Shown here: positions 19,697 to 30,742 of the stretch, in pieces
Layout of the letters: each line of letters begins with the position of its first letter
Position numbering within the stretch: position 1 is the stretch's first letter
Source of the DNA: Dehalococcoidia bacterium
Lineage (GTDB): Bacteria > Chloroflexota > Dehalococcoidia > UBA2979
Assembly (NCBI GenBank): GCA_965262725.1
Contig: OZ253555.1
Coordinates: 576,001-640,000 of the forward strand
DNA: 64,000 nt
Direction: 5' to 3'
Made by a program: the position numbers and the translations under genes
Notes under the pieces: generated by a model
Databases searched by the model: none
Told to the model about the DNA's origin: nothing
What the model saw: only the letters and a program-made list of their open reading frames with translations

Positions 19697-20005
19697 GTGG
19701 CACGCCAACGGATCCGGATTCGACTCCGGGCCTATGACCATCGTGTGCTCGACGCCTCGGCGAGGCAGATCGTCGAGTCGGCGGAGCGCACCGGCGCGGC
19801 CGTGGCCGGCCCGGTGCCGCTGCCGACGCGCATCCAGAAATACACCGTGATCCGCTCGCCCTTCATCGACAAGGATTCGCGCGATCAGTTCGAGATCCGG
19901 ACGCACAAGCGCCTGATCGACATCTACGAGCCGACGTCGCGCACGATCGACACGCTGATGCGGCTGCAGTTGCCATCCGGCGTGGATATCGAGATCAAGC
20001 TTTAG
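19697..20005 (+). CDS. rpsJ: 30S ribosomal protein S10
   Basis: [25 protein letters not shown]. Confidence 0.99.
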   Translation: MARQRIRIRLRAYDHRVLDASARQIVESAERTGAAVAGPVPLPTRIQKYTVIRSPFIDKDSRDQFEIRTHKRLIDIYEPTSRTIDTLMRLQLPSGVDIEIKL

Positions 20006-20045
20006 CAAAGCGGGGGGGTCGCCCCCGCGGAGGAGATGGGACGTC

Positions 20046-20840
20046 GTGTTCGCCGGGATGATCGGCCGCAAGGTGGGGATGATGACGCTCTATGACGGCA
20101 CCGGCCGTGTGCGTCCCGTCACGGCCATCGAGCTCGGCCCCAACCGCGTGACGCAGATTCGCACCGTTGAACGCGACGGCTACACGGCGATACAGGTCGG
20201 CTTCGCGCACGGGCCGAAGCGGCTGACGCAGCCCGAGCGCGGCCACCTGAGCAGGGCCGGCATTGACGAGGCGCTGGGGGCGCTGCGCGAGTTCCCGCTT
20301 CCGGCCGATGCCGACGTCGCCGTCGGCCGTGAGCTGACGGTGGCCGACATCGAGCCCGGCCACTACGTCTCGGTGACGGGCGTGAGCAAGGGACGCGGAT
20401 TCTCGGGCGGCGTCCGGCGCTGGGGCTTCCACGGTGGGCCGAAGACGCACGGCCAGTCCGATCGCCACCGGGCGCCCGGCTCCGTGGGGGCCGGCACCAC
20501 CCCCGGCAAGGTGTGGAAGGGCCAGAAGATGGCCGGCCGCATGGGGGCCCGCACCGACAGCCAGCTCAACCTCCTGGTCGTGACCACCGATCCGGCGCGC
20601 AACCTGGTCTTCGTGCAGGGCTCCGTCCCCGGCGCCCCGCAGGGGCTCGTCGCGGTCACGCCCGGACGGCGCTCACCGCTTGAGGGCTACGAGCCGCCGC
20701 CGCCCTTCGATCCCCCGCAGGAGCCCGAGCCCGAGCCCGAGGTCGCGCCTGAGCCCGAGGCCGCGCCCGAGCCCGAGGCCGTGAACGACGCCTCGCCCGA
20801 GGCTGCGGCCGACGGTGGTAGTGGGGAGGGCGCGGAGTGA
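20046..20840 (+). CDS. rplC: 50S ribosomal protein L3 with Pro/Glu tail
   Basis: G.KVGM, DGYTAIQ, SKGRGF.G, HRAPGS. Confidence 0.98.
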   Translation: MFAGMIGRKVGMMTLYDGTGRVRPVTAIELGPNRVTQIRTVERDGYTAIQVGFAHGPKRLTQPERGHLSRAGIDEALGALREFPLPADADVAVGRELTVADIEPGHYVSVTGVSKGRGFSGGVRRWGFHGGPKTHGQSDRHRAPGSVGAGTTPGKVWKGQKMAGRMGARTDSQLNLLVVTTDPARNLVFVQGSVPGAPQGLVAVTPGRRSPLEGYEPPPPFDPPQEPEPEPEVAPEPEAAPEPEAVNDASPEAAADGGSGEGAE

Positions 20841-21529
20841 AACTCGCCGTGACCGACCCCCGCGGGGAGGGCGCGCGTGCCATCGAGGTGGACGACGCCG
20901 TCTTCGGCGTCGAGCCCCACATCGCCGTGGTGCACCAGACGCTTCTGGCTCAGCTCGCCGCGCGCCGCGCCGGGACCGCCTCCACCAAGTCGCGGGGCGA
21001 GGTCAGGGGCTCCACGCGCAAGATCAGCCGCCAGAAGGGCCTCGGGGCGGCCCGGCAGGGTTCGAACCGCGCGCCGCACCGGCGCGGCGGCGGGGTCGTC
21101 TTCGGTCCGAAGCCGCGGAGCTTCCGGCAGAGGCTGCCGAAGCGGATGCGCCGCCTGGCGATCCGCTCGGTGCTCTCCTCGCGCGTCAGAGATGAGCGGC
21201 TGCGCGTCGTCACCGCGCTCGACGATCCGGAGGCGAACGGGCAGCCTTCCACGAAGTCCGTCATCCGGCTGCTTCACGCGCTCGGCGTCGAGCGCTCGGC
21301 GCTCATCGTCACCGGCGCCCCCGACCGCGGCACCTATCTCTCCGCGCGCAACGTGGCCGGTGCCGACGTGCTGCCGGCCGACACGATCTCGGTCGCCGAC
21401 CTGCTCGCGCACCACACGCTGGTCTTGACGGTCGATGCGGTGCGCCGCTGCGAGGAGCTCTGGGGGGGCGACCGCGCCGCGGGCCGCTCCCGCCCCGTCG
21501 GCGTGTCCGGGCTGGCGGAGGTCGAGTAG
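20837..21529 (+). CDS. rplD: 50S ribosomal protein L4
   Basis: [30 protein letters not shown]. Confidence 0.98.
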   Translation: MKLAVTDPRGEGARAIEVDDAVFGVEPHIAVVHQTLLAQLAARRAGTASTKSRGEVRGSTRKISRQKGLGAARQGSNRAPHRRGGGVVFGPKPRSFRQRLPKRMRRLAIRSVLSSRVRDERLRVVTALDDPEANGQPSTKSVIRLLHALGVERSALIVTGAPDRGTYLSARNVAGADVLPADTISVADLLAHHTLVLTVDAVRRCEELWGGDRAAGRSRPVGVSGLAEVE

Positions 21530-21826
21530 ATGCCGAAGCAGATCCACAGCTACGAGGTGCTGCGCCGTCCGATCGTCACCGAGAAGAGCACCGCGCTCGC
21601 AGCCTCCGGGAAGTACGTCTTCGAGGTCGCCGTCGGCGCCAACAAGCCCCAGATCCAGGAGGCCGTGGAGAAGGCCTTCGACGTCCACGTGCGCGCCGTC
21701 AACGTGATGCGCGTGCGCGGGAAGACGAAGCGGCGCGGGCGCGTCACCGGCCGTGCCCGCGACTGGAAGAAGGCGATCGTCACGCTTCAGCCGGGCGATC
21801 AAATTCAGCTGTTCGAGGGCGTCTAG
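21530..21826 (+). CDS. rplW: 50S ribosomal protein L23
   Basis: RP.VTEKS, ANK.QI..AVE..F.V, WKKAIVTL. Confidence 0.98.
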   Translation: MPKQIHSYEVLRRPIVTEKSTALAASGKYVFEVAVGANKPQIQEAVEKAFDVHVRAVNVMRVRGKTKRRGRVTGRARDWKKAIVTLQPGDQIQLFEGV

Positions 21827-22663
21827 ATGCCGATACGTGCGTTCCGACCGACCTCGCCCGGGCGGCGAAACGCCACCGGCCATACCTTTTCCGAGATCAC
21901 GAAGAAGCGGCCGGAGAAACGGCTCCTGGCGTCGAAGAAGCAGCGCGCCGGGCGCGGCGGCGACGGCCGCATCTCGATCCGGCACCGGGGCGGCGGGCAC
22001 AAGAGGCGTGTACGCCTCATCGACTTCCGGCGCGACAAGGATGGCGTGCCGGGCCGCGTCGCGGCCATCGAGTACGACCCCGGACGCACCGCGCGCATCG
22101 CGCTCGTCTTCTACGTCGACGGCGACAAGCGCTACATGCTGGCGCCGGACCGCCTGGCGGTCGGCGATACCGTGATCTCCGCGAAGGACGCGCCCATCGC
22201 CCCCGGCAACTCGCTCCCGCTCTCGGCGATCCCGGTCGGGAGCCAGGTCCACTGCGTGGAGCTGCAGCCCGGCCGCGGGGGGCAGCTCGGGCGCTCGGCG
22301 GGTACCTCCATCCAGCTGATGGCGAAGGAGTCCGGCTATGCGCTGCTGCGCCTCCCGTCGGGGGAGATGCGGCAGGTGCAGGAGAGCTGCCGCGCCACCA
22401 TCGGCGCCGTCGGCAACCCCGAGCACGCACAGATCAAGCTCGGCAAGGCGGGCCGCTCGCGGCATCGCGGCCGGCGGCCGCAGGTGCGCGGCTCGGCGAT
22501 GAATCCCGTCGACCACCCCCACGGTGGAGGCGAGGGGAAGGCTCCGATCGGGCTCCCCGGGCCGAAGACGCCGTGGGGCAAGCCGGCGCTCGGCTACCGC
22601 ACGCGCAGCAACAAGCGGACGAGCACGTTCATCGTGCGCCGTCGCGGCCGGCGCCGCCGCTAG
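21827..22663 (+). CDS. rplB: 50S ribosomal protein L2
   Basis: [27 protein letters not shown]. Confidence 0.99.
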   Translation: MPIRAFRPTSPGRRNATGHTFSEITKKRPEKRLLASKKQRAGRGGDGRISIRHRGGGHKRRVRLIDFRRDKDGVPGRVAAIEYDPGRTARIALVFYVDGDKRYMLAPDRLAVGDTVISAKDAPIAPGNSLPLSAIPVGSQVHCVELQPGRGGQLGRSAGTSIQLMAKESGYALLRLPSGEMRQVQESCRATIGAVGNPEHAQIKLGKAGRSRHRGRRPQVRGSAMNPVDHPHGGGEGKAPIGLPGPKTPWGKPALGYRTRSNKRTSTFIVRRRGRRRR

Positions 22664-22678
22664 GGCTGGGGGAGGGCG

Positions 22679-22963
22679 ATGTCGCGATCGACGAAGAAGG
22701 GTCCCTACGTGGACGCGAAGCTGATGCGCAGGGTGGAGGCCGCGCAGCGGGGCGGTCGCCGGCAGGTGATCCGCACCTGGTCGCGCGCCTCCACCGTGAT
22801 GCCGGAGATGGTGGGTCTGACGATCGCGGTGCACGACGGCCGCCGGCACATCCCGGTGCTGTGCACGGAGAACATGGTGGGGCACAAGCTCGGCGAGTTC
22901 GCGTTCACGCGGTCCTTCCGCGGGCACCGCGGGCGCTCCGAGGTCCTGACCCGCAGCCGCTAG
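22679..22963 (+). CDS. rpsS: 30S ribosomal protein S19
   Basis: [21 protein letters not shown]. Confidence 0.99.
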   Translation: MSRSTKKGPYVDAKLMRRVEAAQRGGRRQVIRTWSRASTVMPEMVGLTIAVHDGRRHIPVLCTENMVGHKLGEFAFTRSFRGHRGRSEVLTRSR

Positions 22964-23008
22964 CCAGAGAACGATGGCAATGATCGAGGTCGGAGGGGCG
23001 AGGTCGAG

Positions 23009-23350
23009 ATGACGGAGGTCCGGGCTTTGGCCACGAACCAGCCGGTGTCGCCCCGCAAGGTGCGCCTGGTGCTGGAGACGATCCGCGGCCTGCCGGTCGC
23101 GCAGGCCCTCGACGTGCTGGCGGCGCTGCCGCAGCCCGCCGCGCGCATCGTCCGTGGCGTCGTTCGCTCCGCGGCGGCGAACGCCGAGAACAACCACGCG
23201 CTCGACCCGGACGGGCTGCGCGTGAAGTCAGCCATCGCTGGCGATGCGGCGAGGCTGCGCCGCTTCAAGGCCCGCTCTCGCGGGCGCGCGGCGCCGCGCG
23301 TGACGCGGCTTTCCCACATCGAGATCGTGGTCGAGGGCGAGGGCTACTGA
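23009..23350 (+). CDS. rplV: 50S ribosomal protein L22
   Basis: SPRKVRLV, SAAANAENN, ARSRGRA, SHI. Confidence 0.97.
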   Translation: MTEVRALATNQPVSPRKVRLVLETIRGLPVAQALDVLAALPQPAARIVRGVVRSAAANAENNHALDPDGLRVKSAIAGDAARLRRFKARSRGRAAPRVTRLSHIEIVVEGEGY

Positions 23351-24021
23351 TGGGACGCAAGGTCCACCCGTACGGGTTCCGCCTGGGCGTGATCCGCGAC
23401 TGGCAGTCGAAGTGGTACGCGAACCGCGACTACGCGGTGCTCGCGAAGGAAGACATGCTGCTCCGGCGGCTGATCATGAGGACGCTTCCCGACGCCGGCA
23501 TCTCCCAGATCCTCATCGACCGGAACGCGAACCAGTTGACGATGACGCTCAAGACCGCGAAGCCCGGCATCGTGATCGGGCGCGGCGGACAGAACGCCGA
23601 GCGGCTGCGCCAGCTGCTGCAGGGCGCCACCGACCGGCGCGTGCGTCTGAACATCGACGAGATTCGCATTCCGGAGCTCGACGCCTTTCTCGTGGCGCGC
23701 TCGGTGGCCGATCAACTCGAGCGCCGCGTCGCCTTCCGCCGCGCGATGAAGCAGGCCGTGCAGCGCACGATGTCGCGTGGCGCGCTCGGCTGCCGCGTCC
23801 GGATCAGCGGCCGGCTGGGCGGCACCGAAATGTCGCGCTCGGAGCAGGAGATGCAGGGGCGAGTCCCGCTCCACACGCTGCGCGCGGACATCGACTTCGG
23901 CATCGCCGAGGCGAGGACGACCTACGGCGTCATCGGCGTGAAGTGCTGGATCTACAAGGGCGACATCGCGCCGGAGGCGTCGCCGCTCGCGGCGGCCCTC
24001 GCGATGTCGACCCCGGACTGA
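23350..24021 (+). CDS. rpsC: 30S ribosomal protein S3
   Basis: [31 protein letters not shown]. Confidence 0.99.
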   Translation: MGRKVHPYGFRLGVIRDWQSKWYANRDYAVLAKEDMLLRRLIMRTLPDAGISQILIDRNANQLTMTLKTAKPGIVIGRGGQNAERLRQLLQGATDRRVRLNIDEIRIPELDAFLVARSVADQLERRVAFRRAMKQAVQRTMSRGALGCRVRISGRLGGTEMSRSEQEMQGRVPLHTLRADIDFGIAEARTTYGVIGVKCWIYKGDIAPEASPLAAALAMSTPD

Positions 24022-24031
24022 GAGACGCGCC

Positions 24032-24448
24032 ATGTTGATGCCACGTCGCACCAAGTACCGCAAGCAGTTCCGGGGCCGCCGGCGAGGAGCCGCGCAGACG
24101 GGGAACGACATTGCCTTCGGCGAGTTCGGGCTGCAGGCGCGCTCCAACGGCTGGGTCGACGCGCGCCAGATCGAGGCGGCGAGGCGCTCCATCACGGGCA
24201 CGCTGCGCCGCGGCGGGAAGGTGTGGATCCGCATCTTCCCGGACAAGCCCGTCTCCCAGAAGCCGGTCGAGACCCGCATGGGCAAGGGGAAGGGCGCGAC
24301 CGACCGGTGGGTCGCGGTCGTCCGCCGCGGCCGCGTGATCTTCGAGGTGGCCGGCGTCCCGGAGGAGGCCGCGCGCGAGGCGTTCCGCCGTGCCCATCAC
24401 AAGCTCCCTCTCGACACCAAGGTGATCACGCGCGAGGAGGTGGTGTGA
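24032..24448 (+). CDS. rplP: 50S ribosomal protein L16
   Basis: MLMP.RTKYRK, QIEAAR, RMGKGKG. Confidence 0.99.
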   Translation: MLMPRRTKYRKQFRGRRRGAAQTGNDIAFGEFGLQARSNGWVDARQIEAARRSITGTLRRGGKVWIRIFPDKPVSQKPVETRMGKGKGATDRWVAVVRRGRVIFEVAGVPEEAAREAFRRAHHKLPLDTKVITREEVV

Positions 24449-24723
24449 TGGCGAACCGCCTGGCGCAGGGGCTGCGCGAACGCAGCGACGAGCAGCTGCG
24501 CGGCGATCTGCAGAGCGCGCACGAGGAACTCTTCACGCTGCGGTTTCAGGCGTCGACCCGCCAGCTCGCCGACGTCTCGAAGATCCGGAAGACGCGCCGC
24601 CAGATCGCGCGGCTGCGCACGTTGATGAGCGAGCGCGGGCACGTCCTCGCCGGCTCCATGCCAGCGGGGGCCGTACCCACAGACGAACCGGCGGCCGAAC
24701 CTCCGGCCGTGGACGAGGAGTAG
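24448..24723 (+). CDS. rpmC: 50S ribosomal protein L29 with short acidic tail
   Basis: ELF.LRFQ..T.QL, RRQIARL.T; TGATG coupling. Confidence 0.95.
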   Translation: MANRLAQGLRERSDEQLRGDLQSAHEELFTLRFQASTRQLADVSKIRKTRRQIARLRTLMSERGHVLAGSMPAGAVPTDEPAAEPPAVDEE

Positions 24724-24726
24724 CAG

Positions 24727-25218
24727 GTGGCCTCCAGCGAGCCGGTCCCGGTGAACCGGAAGACGCGCCTCGGCACGGTCGTCTCCGACAGGATGGAGCA
24801 AACGCTGGTCGTCGCGATCGGGCGCACGTCGCGCCATCCGCTCTACCGCAAGGTGATCCGCCGGACGAAGCGCTACCACGTGCACGACCCCGAGGGCCTC
24901 GGCACTCTTGGCGACACCGTGCGTATCGAGGAGTGCCGCCCCATCAGCCGGACGAAGAGCTGGCGGCTCGTTGAGGTGCTGACCGAGCGCGAGGTCGCCG
25001 ACGTCGCCGCGGAGGAGATCGACCGCTCGCTGGTCGAGGAGATCCAGCGCTCGCCGGTCAACCGGGAGCAGGCCGAGGCCGCAGACGAGGCCGCAAGTGA
25101 GGCCACAGACGAGGCCGCAGATGAGGCCGCAAGTGAGGCCACAGACGAGGCCGCAGACGAGGCCGCGGTGGAGCCGGAGGCCAGCGACGGGCCGGCGACG
25201 GACGGGGGCGGGGAGTGA
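24727..25218 (+). CDS. rpsQ: 30S ribosomal protein S17 with acidic repeat tail
   Basis: G.VVSD.M..T.VV, HPLYRK, RPIS.TK.W. Confidence 0.98.
   Translation: MASSEPVPVNRKTRLGTVVSDRMEQTLVVAIGRTSRHPLYRKVIRRTKRYHVHDPEGLGTLGDTVRIEECRPISRTKSWRLVEVLTEREVADVAAEEIDRSLVEEIQRSPVNREQAEAADEAASEATDEAADEAASEATDEAADEAAVEPEASDGPATDGGGE
25081..25167 (+). repeat. 12/36-bp tandem repeat in the rpsQ tail ([12 protein letters not shown])
   Basis: GCAGA(C/T)GAGGCCGCAAGTGAGGCCACAGACGAGGCC twice plus a partial third copy. Confidence 0.9.
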
Positions 25219-25586
25219 TTCAGCAGGAGTCGCGCTTGCACGTCGCCGACAACTCCGGCGCCCGGGAGATCCTCTGCATCCGCGTGCTCGGAGGGACGCG
25301 CCGGCGCTATGCGCGCGTCGGCGACATCATCGTCGCGACCGTGAAGGACGCGCAGCCGAACTCGGCGGTGCGCAAGGGCGAGGTCGTGCGGGCCGTCGTC
25401 GTGCGTACCAAGAAGTCCCAGCAGCGCACCGACGGCTCCAGCATCCGCTTCGACGACAACGCCGCGGTCGTCCTCGCCGACAAGGACGGCAACCCCCGCG
25501 GCACCCGCATCTTCGGCCCGGTCGCCCGCGAGCTCAGGGACCGGCGCTACATGCGCATCATCTCGCTCGCTCCGGAGGTTCTGTGA
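25215..25586 (+). CDS. rplN: 50S ribosomal protein L14
   Basis: [28 protein letters not shown]. Confidence 0.99.
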   Translation: MIQQESRLHVADNSGAREILCIRVLGGTRRRYARVGDIIVATVKDAQPNSAVRKGEVVRAVVVRTKKSQQRTDGSSIRFDDNAAVVLADKDGNPRGTRIFGPVARELRDRRYMRIISLAPEVL

Positions 25587-25903
25587 TGGCGGCGAAGATC
25601 CGGCGCAGCGATACGGTGCGCGTCATGGCCGGCAAGGATCGCGGCCGTCAGGGCGAGGTGCGCCAGGTGCTGCCCAGCAGGGGCCGCGCCGTGGTGACGG
25701 GCGTGAATATGAGCCGCCACCACCGGCGCGCGCGCTCCGCGACGGATCCCGGCGGCCTCGTCGACGTCGAATCGCCGATACACCTCTCCAACCTGCAGGT
25801 CGTCTGCCCCTCGTGCGACCGGCCGACGCGCATAGGATTCCGCTTGCTCGACGGAGGGCAGAAGGTCCGCTACTGCAAGCGCTGCGACGAGGCGGTCGAC
25901 TGA
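25586..25903 (+). CDS. rplX: 50S ribosomal protein L24
   Basis: D.V.VMAGKD.G, E.PIH.SN, CPSC..PTR.G. Confidence 0.97.
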   Translation: MAAKIRRSDTVRVMAGKDRGRQGEVRQVLPSRGRAVVTGVNMSRHHRRARSATDPGGLVDVESPIHLSNLQVVCPSCDRPTRIGFRLLDGGQKVRYCKRCDEAVD

Positions 25904-26475
25904 TGGCAGAGGCTGCCGCGAGCGTCGCCAAGCCGCGTCTGCGCGCGCGCTTCCGCGAGGAGGTGTCGCCCGCGCTGACGCGCGAATTCGGCTATACGAA
26001 CGTGATGCGCGTGCCCACGCTCTCGCGGATCGTGATCAACGTCGGCCTGGGCGAGGCGCTGACCAATGCGCGCGCCGTCGAGATGGCGACCGCCGACCTG
26101 ATGACGATCACCGGGCAGCGACCCGTCGTGACCCGGGCGAAGCGCGCGATATCGAACTTCCGGCTCCGCGCCGGGAATCCCATCGGTCTGAAAGTGACGC
26201 TGCGGGCGGACCGCATGTGGGAGTTCTTCGACCGCCTGGTGAACGCGGGACTCCCGCGCACCCGGGACTTCCGCGGCGTCCCGCTTGAGGCGTTCGACGG
26301 ACGGGGCAACTACTCGCTCGGCATCTCGGAGCAGTTGATCTTCCCGGAGATCGACTTCGCCTCGATCGATCGCGTGCGAGGGATGCAGGTGAACATCGTG
26401 ACGACAGCGCGAACGGACGAGGAGGGGCAGCGGCTTCTCACCCTCCTCGGCATGCCGTTCGCGCGGCGCGACTAG
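25903..26475 (+). CDS. rplE: 50S ribosomal protein L5
   Basis: ITGQ.PV.T.A, RDFRG, FDGRGNY, IFPEI. Confidence 0.99.
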   Translation: MAEAAASVAKPRLRARFREEVSPALTREFGYTNVMRVPTLSRIVINVGLGEALTNARAVEMATADLMTITGQRPVVTRAKRAISNFRLRAGNPIGLKVTLRADRMWEFFDRLVNAGLPRTRDFRGVPLEAFDGRGNYSLGISEQLIFPEIDFASIDRVRGMQVNIVTTARTDEEGQRLLTLLGMPFARRD

Positions 26476-26502
26476 GGCGCCAGGGCAGGAAGCAGGGCGA
26501 AT

Positions 26503-26706
26503 ATGGCGAAGAAGTCGCAGATCGCGAAGGCGTTGCGGACACCGCGGTTCAGCTCCCGCATGCTGAACCGCTGCCCGGTCGTGTGGGTCGATCGTCCCTG
26601 CGGCCGGCCGCGCGCATTCATGCGGAAGTTCGGCATGTGCCGGATCTGTTTCCGCCGACTCGCGAACGAGGGGAAGCTTCCCGGCGTGCGGAAGTCGTCG
26701 TGGTAG
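26503..26706 (+). CDS. rpsN: 30S ribosomal protein S14 type Z (Zn-binding)
   Basis: MAKKS, RC...CGRPR, CRICFR, LPGV.KSSW. Confidence 0.97.
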   Translation: MAKKSQIAKALRTPRFSSRMLNRCPVVWVDRPCGRPRAFMRKFGMCRICFRRLANEGKLPGVRKSSW

Positions 26707-26749
26707 GCGACGGAGAGCGCACCCGGTGGGAAGGGGCGAGGCTGACACC

Positions 26750-27148
26750 ATGACGATGTCCGACCCTTTGGCCGACATGTTCACGCGCATCCGCAACAGC
26801 GCCACCGCGCGCCACGAGTGGGTCCGCGTGCCGACCTCCAACGTGAAGCGGGCGGTCGCCGGCGTGCTCCGCGACGAGGGCTTTATCGCCGCCGTCGAGG
26901 AGGAGGCGGAGGGGCCGCGCAGCTACCTCAGGCTGCGGATCACCTACGGCGAGGACCGCAAGGCCGTGCTCGGCGGGATCCGCCGCGTCTCCAAGCCGGG
27001 TCTCCGCGTCTATGTGAACCGCCGCGAGGTGCCGCGGGTTCTCGGCGGGCTCGGCATCGCGATCCTCAGCACGTCGCAGGGCGTGATGTCCGATCGCGAG
27101 GCGTGGCGCCGCAAGATTGGTGGCGAGGTCCTGTGCTACGTCTGGTAG
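26750..27148 (+). CDS. rpsH: 30S ribosomal protein S8
   Basis: DP.ADM.TRIRN, SKPGLRVY, STSQG, GGEV. Confidence 0.99.
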   Translation: MTMSDPLADMFTRIRNSATARHEWVRVPTSNVKRAVAGVLRDEGFIAAVEEEAEGPRSYLRLRITYGEDRKAVLGGIRRVSKPGLRVYVNRREVPRVLGGLGIAILSTSQGVMSDREAWRRKIGGEVLCYVW

Positions 27149-27188
27149 GTCGCCTCACGGGCGGCCGGGGAGTCGGGAGCGGAGCGCG

Positions 27189-27725
27189 ATGTCGCGTGTA
27201 GGCAAGAAGCCGGTGTCGCTGCCTGCGGGCGTCGAGGTGACGCTCGACGGGCAGCGCGTGCACGTGCGCGGCCCGCAGGGGGAGCTGGAGCACGACGTGC
27301 ATCCGGCGATCCGCGTGGCGCAGGCGGACGGGGAGATCCGGGTCGAGCGCCCCGGCGATCGGCCGGAGCACAGAGCGCTCCACGGTCTCACGCGCGCGCT
27401 GATCGCGAACATGGTGACCGGCGTGACGGAGGGGTACCGCCGCTCGCTTGAGATCACCGGCACGGGCTACCGCGCGCAGCTGCGCGGGGAGAGTCTCGTT
27501 CTCAGCGTCGGCTTCTCCCATCCCGTCGAGCTCGCGCCGCTTCCTGGCGTGGCGTTCGAGGTCGAGACGCCCACGCGCATCCACGTCAGCGGCATCGACA
27601 AGCAGGCGGTGGGCCAGCAGGCCGCGCTCGTCAGGCGCGTGCGCCCACCGGAGCCCTACCGCGGCAAGGGGATTCGCTACCGCGGTGAGGTCGTCCGGCT
27701 GCGCGCCGGGAAGGCGAAGAAGTAA
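27189..27725 (+). CDS. rplF: 50S ribosomal protein L6
   Basis: MSRVGK.P, G.GYRA, PEPY.GKGI. Confidence 0.99.
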   Translation: MSRVGKKPVSLPAGVEVTLDGQRVHVRGPQGELEHDVHPAIRVAQADGEIRVERPGDRPEHRALHGLTRALIANMVTGVTEGYRRSLEITGTGYRAQLRGESLVLSVGFSHPVELAPLPGVAFEVETPTRIHVSGIDKQAVGQQAALVRRVRPPEPYRGKGIRYRGEVVRLRAGKAKK

Positions 27726-28093
27726 TGGCATCTGCCGCGCGATCGACGCGCCGGGCCGCGAGGCTGCGCCGTCACCACAGCATCCGTCGCCGGCTGCAGG
27801 GCACGGCGGGGCGCCCTCGCCTCTGCGTCTTCCGCTCGAACCAGCACATCTACGCCCAGGTGATCGACGACGCGGCGGGGCGCACGCTCGCCGCCGCCTC
27901 CGACCTGGAGGAGACGATCCGCGGACAGGCGGGCACCAAGTCCGAGCGCGCCCGGCAGGTCGGGCGCGTGCTCGCCGAGCGCGCGAAGGACGTTGGCCTG
28001 ACCTCCGTGGTGTTCGATCGTGGCGGCTTCTCCTACGCGGGTCGCGTGCGCGCGCTCGCCGAGGCGGCCCGCGAGGAAGGACTGGTGTTCTGA
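27725..28093 (+). CDS. rplR: 50S ribosomal protein L18
   Basis: RPRL.VFRSN.HIYAQ, VVFDRGG, ARE.GL.F. Confidence 0.99.
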   Translation: MASAARSTRRAARLRRHHSIRRRLQGTAGRPRLCVFRSNQHIYAQVIDDAAGRTLAAASDLEETIRGQAGTKSERARQVGRVLAERAKDVGLTSVVFDRGGFSYAGRVRALAEAAREEGLVF

Positions 28094-28707
28094 TGGGTCG
28101 AGGTCGAGGTGGTGGCCGCGATCGCGGACCCCGACGCGACCGACGCGACGATGGCGACGAGCTCATCGAGAAGGTCGTCGACATTAACCGGGTGGCGAAG
28201 GTGGTCAAGGGCGGCCGGCGCTTCTCCTTCACCGCCATCGTTGTCGTCGGCGATGGCAAGGGACGCGTCGGATTCGGATTCGGCCGCGCCAACGAGGTTC
28301 CGGAGGCGATTCGCAAGGGCGGCGTGATCGCGCGGCGTTCGATGTTCCCGGTCGCGATGCGCGGCTCCACCATCGCGCACGATCAGCTCGCGGTGTTCAA
28401 GGCGTCGAAGGTCGTGCTCCGGTCCGCCTCGCCGGGGACCGGCCTCATCGCGGGCGGCCCGGCACGGGCGGTGCTGGAGGCGGCGGGCGTCTCCGACGTC
28501 CTGACGAAGTCGCTCGGCTCGAACAACCCCGTCAATGTCGTGCGCGCCACGATCGAGGGGCTGCGCGCGCTAAGGCACCCCGAGCAGGTCGTCGCCCGCC
28601 GCCACCGCCTCGCGGAGGAGCAGGCGATACACGTTGCGCAGCAGCACGCGCGCCAGGAACGAGCCAGCGCGGCGGCGGCCGCGGCGGCGGCCGGGGCGGG
28701 AGCGTAG
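28093..28707 (+). CDS. rpsE: 30S ribosomal protein S5
   Basis: [31 protein letters not shown]. Confidence 0.99.
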   Translation: MGRGRGGGRDRGPRRDRRDDGDELIEKVVDINRVAKVVKGGRRFSFTAIVVVGDGKGRVGFGFGRANEVPEAIRKGGVIARRSMFPVAMRGSTIAHDQLAVFKASKVVLRSASPGTGLIAGGPARAVLEAAGVSDVLTKSLGSNNPVNVVRATIEGLRALRHPEQVVARRHRLAEEQAIHVAQQHARQERASAAAAAAAAGAGA

Positions 28708-28709
28708 TC

Positions 28710-28892
28710 GTGGCGCGTATCCGCATCACCTGGGAGCGCTCCGCCATCGGGCGGCCCGCAGACCAGGGGCAGACGATCCGCCGCCTGGGGCTGCACCGGC
28801 TCCATGAGACCGTGGAGCACGAGGACACGCCGCAGGTGCTCGGCATGGCGCACAAGGTCCGGCACCTCGTGCGTGTGGAGGAGGTCCGCTGA
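28710..28892 (+). CDS. rpmD: 50S ribosomal protein L30
   Basis: RS.IG, LGL, TP...GM..KV.HLV. Confidence 0.97.
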   Translation: MARIRITWERSAIGRPADQGQTIRRLGLHRLHETVEHEDTPQVLGMAHKVRHLVRVEEVR

Positions 28893-29407
28893 TGGACCCG
28901 CATACGCTACGCCAGCCGCCGGGCGCCAAGCGCCCCAGGAAGCGACGCGGCCGGGGCGACGGGTCGGGGACCGGCACCTACTCCGGTCGCGGGGTCAAGG
29001 GACAGAAGGCGCGCGGCAAGGTTCCCGCGAGCTTCGAGGGCGGGCAGATGCCGCTCGTCCGGCGGCTCGGCCACCGTCGCGGCTTCCGCAACCCCACCCG
29101 CATCGAGTTCCAGGCGGTGAACGTCGGGGATCTCGCGGCCCGCTTCGAGCCCGGTGCGACCGTCGACGCGGCCGCCCTCGCCGCCGCGCGCCTCATCGAC
29201 GACGACGCGACGCCGTTCAAGGTCCTGGCGCGCGGCGAGCTGGATCGCTCTCTCACCGTCGTGGCGCCCCGGCTCTCCGCCTCCGCCAAGGTGGCGATCG
29301 AGGGCGCCGGCGGCCGGTGGGAAGAGCTCGCTCCGGCACTGCACCGCGTCCGGAACCGCAAGCACCGCCGCGACGCCGCGGCCGCCAATCCTCCGGGGGG
29401 CGCCTAG
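28892..29407 (+). CDS. rplO: 50S ribosomal protein L15
   Basis: GRG.GSG.G..SGRG.KGQKAR, FEGGQMPL. Confidence 0.98.
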   Translation: MDPHTLRQPPGAKRPRKRRGRGDGSGTGTYSGRGVKGQKARGKVPASFEGGQMPLVRRLGHRRGFRNPTRIEFQAVNVGDLAARFEPGATVDAAALAAARLIDDDATPFKVLARGELDRSLTVVAPRLSASAKVAIEGAGGRWEELAPALHRVRNRKHRRDAAAANPPGGA

Positions 29408-29410
29408 CCG

Positions 29411-30742
29411 ATGGCGCAGGCGCAGGGCGCGAGCCCCCGGTTACTCGAGGCCGCGCTGGAGGCGTTCCAGCAGCCCGACGTGCGGAAGAAGATCCTCTTC
29501 ACGCTCGCGATGCTGCTGATCTTCCGCTTCGTCGCTCACGTGCCCGTCCCCGGTGTCGACGCCGACACGCTTCAGGACACCTTCGACAACAACGCGATCC
29601 TCGGATTCCTGAACATCTTCTCGGGCGGTGCGCTGCAGAACCTCTCGGTGGCAGCGCTGGGCGTCTACCCGTTCATCACCGCGACGATCGTCATGCAGCT
29701 CGCGCAGCCGCTGGTGCCGCGACTCGCCGCCCTCGCGCGCGAGGGTGAGGCCGGCCGCAACAAGATCCAGCTCTACACGCACTGGCTCACGGTGCCGTTG
29801 GCGGCCTTCCAGGGGTACGCACAGCTCCTGCTGATTCAGCAGCTCGGCGGCGTCAGCGGTATCGGCTTCACCGGGGGCGCGGCGCTCCCGACGGTCGCGA
29901 CGCTCGCCTCCCTGATAGCGGGCACGATGTTCCTGGTCTGGCTCGGCGAGCGCATCTCGGAGAACGGCGTCGGCAACGGCGTCTCGCTGATCATCTTCGG
30001 CGGGATCGTCGCCGGGCTCCCCGGGATCGTCGGCCGCGGCGTCCTGACCGGGACGGGCGCGGCCATCGGCGGCATCCTCCTGCTCGCCGTGGTGACCGTG
30101 CTCATCGTCGGCTTCATCGTGATCTTCCAGGAGGCACAGCGGCGCATCCCGGTCCAGTATGCGCGGTCGAGCATTCGCGGGGGGCGGCTCTACCGCCAGC
30201 AGGGGCAATCGTTCATCCCGCTGCGGGTGAACAGCGCCGGGATGATCCCGCTCATCTTCGCCTTCTCGATCATGATCTTCCCACCGGTCGCCGCGCAGTT
30301 CCTGGCGGAGACGGCCGACGTCGCGTGGATCGTCGGCGTCGCCCGCTTCTTCGAGACCGCCCTCTCGCCGACGGGGCCCCTCTACTGGGGGCTGGTGTTC
30401 GTGATGGTGGTGCTCTTCGCCTTCTTCTACACGATGGTGATCTTCCAGCAGCAGAACCTGGCGGAGAACCTGCAGCGGCAGGGTGGATTCATACCGGGGA
30501 TCCGGCCTGGTCGGCCGACGCAGGAGTACATCACGCGCGTCCTGATTCGGATCACGTGGGGCGGCGCCATCTTCCTGGGCATCGTCGCCGTGCTGCCGTT
30601 CTTCGCGACCCGCCTGACCAACGTGCAGGCGCTGCAGATCAGCGCGGCGGGGCTCCTCATCGTGGTGGGGGTCGTGATCGACACCATGCGCCAGATCGAG
30701 GCGCAGATGATGATGCGTAACTACGAGGGGTTCATCTCCTGA
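29411..30742 (+). CDS. secY: Preprotein translocase SecY
   Basis: FSGGAL, LGVYPFITA, GVGNG.SL, FIPGIRPG; multiple TM helices. Confidence 0.99.
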   Translation: MAQAQGASPRLLEAALEAFQQPDVRKKILFTLAMLLIFRFVAHVPVPGVDADTLQDTFDNNAILGFLNIFSGGALQNLSVAALGVYPFITATIVMQLAQPLVPRLAALAREGEAGRNKIQLYTHWLTVPLAAFQGYAQLLLIQQLGGVSGIGFTGGAALPTVATLASLIAGTMFLVWLGERISENGVGNGVSLIIFGGIVAGLPGIVGRGVLTGTGAAIGGILLLAVVTVLIVGFIVIFQEAQRRIPVQYARSSIRGGRLYRQQGQSFIPLRVNSAGMIPLIFAFSIMIFPPVAAQFLAETADVAWIVGVARFFETALSPTGPLYWGLVFVMVVLFAFFYTMVIFQQQNLAENLQRQGGFIPGIRPGRPTQEYITRVLIRITWGGAIFLGIVAVLPFFATRLTNVQALQISAAGLLIVVGVVIDTMRQIEAQMMMRNYEGFIS

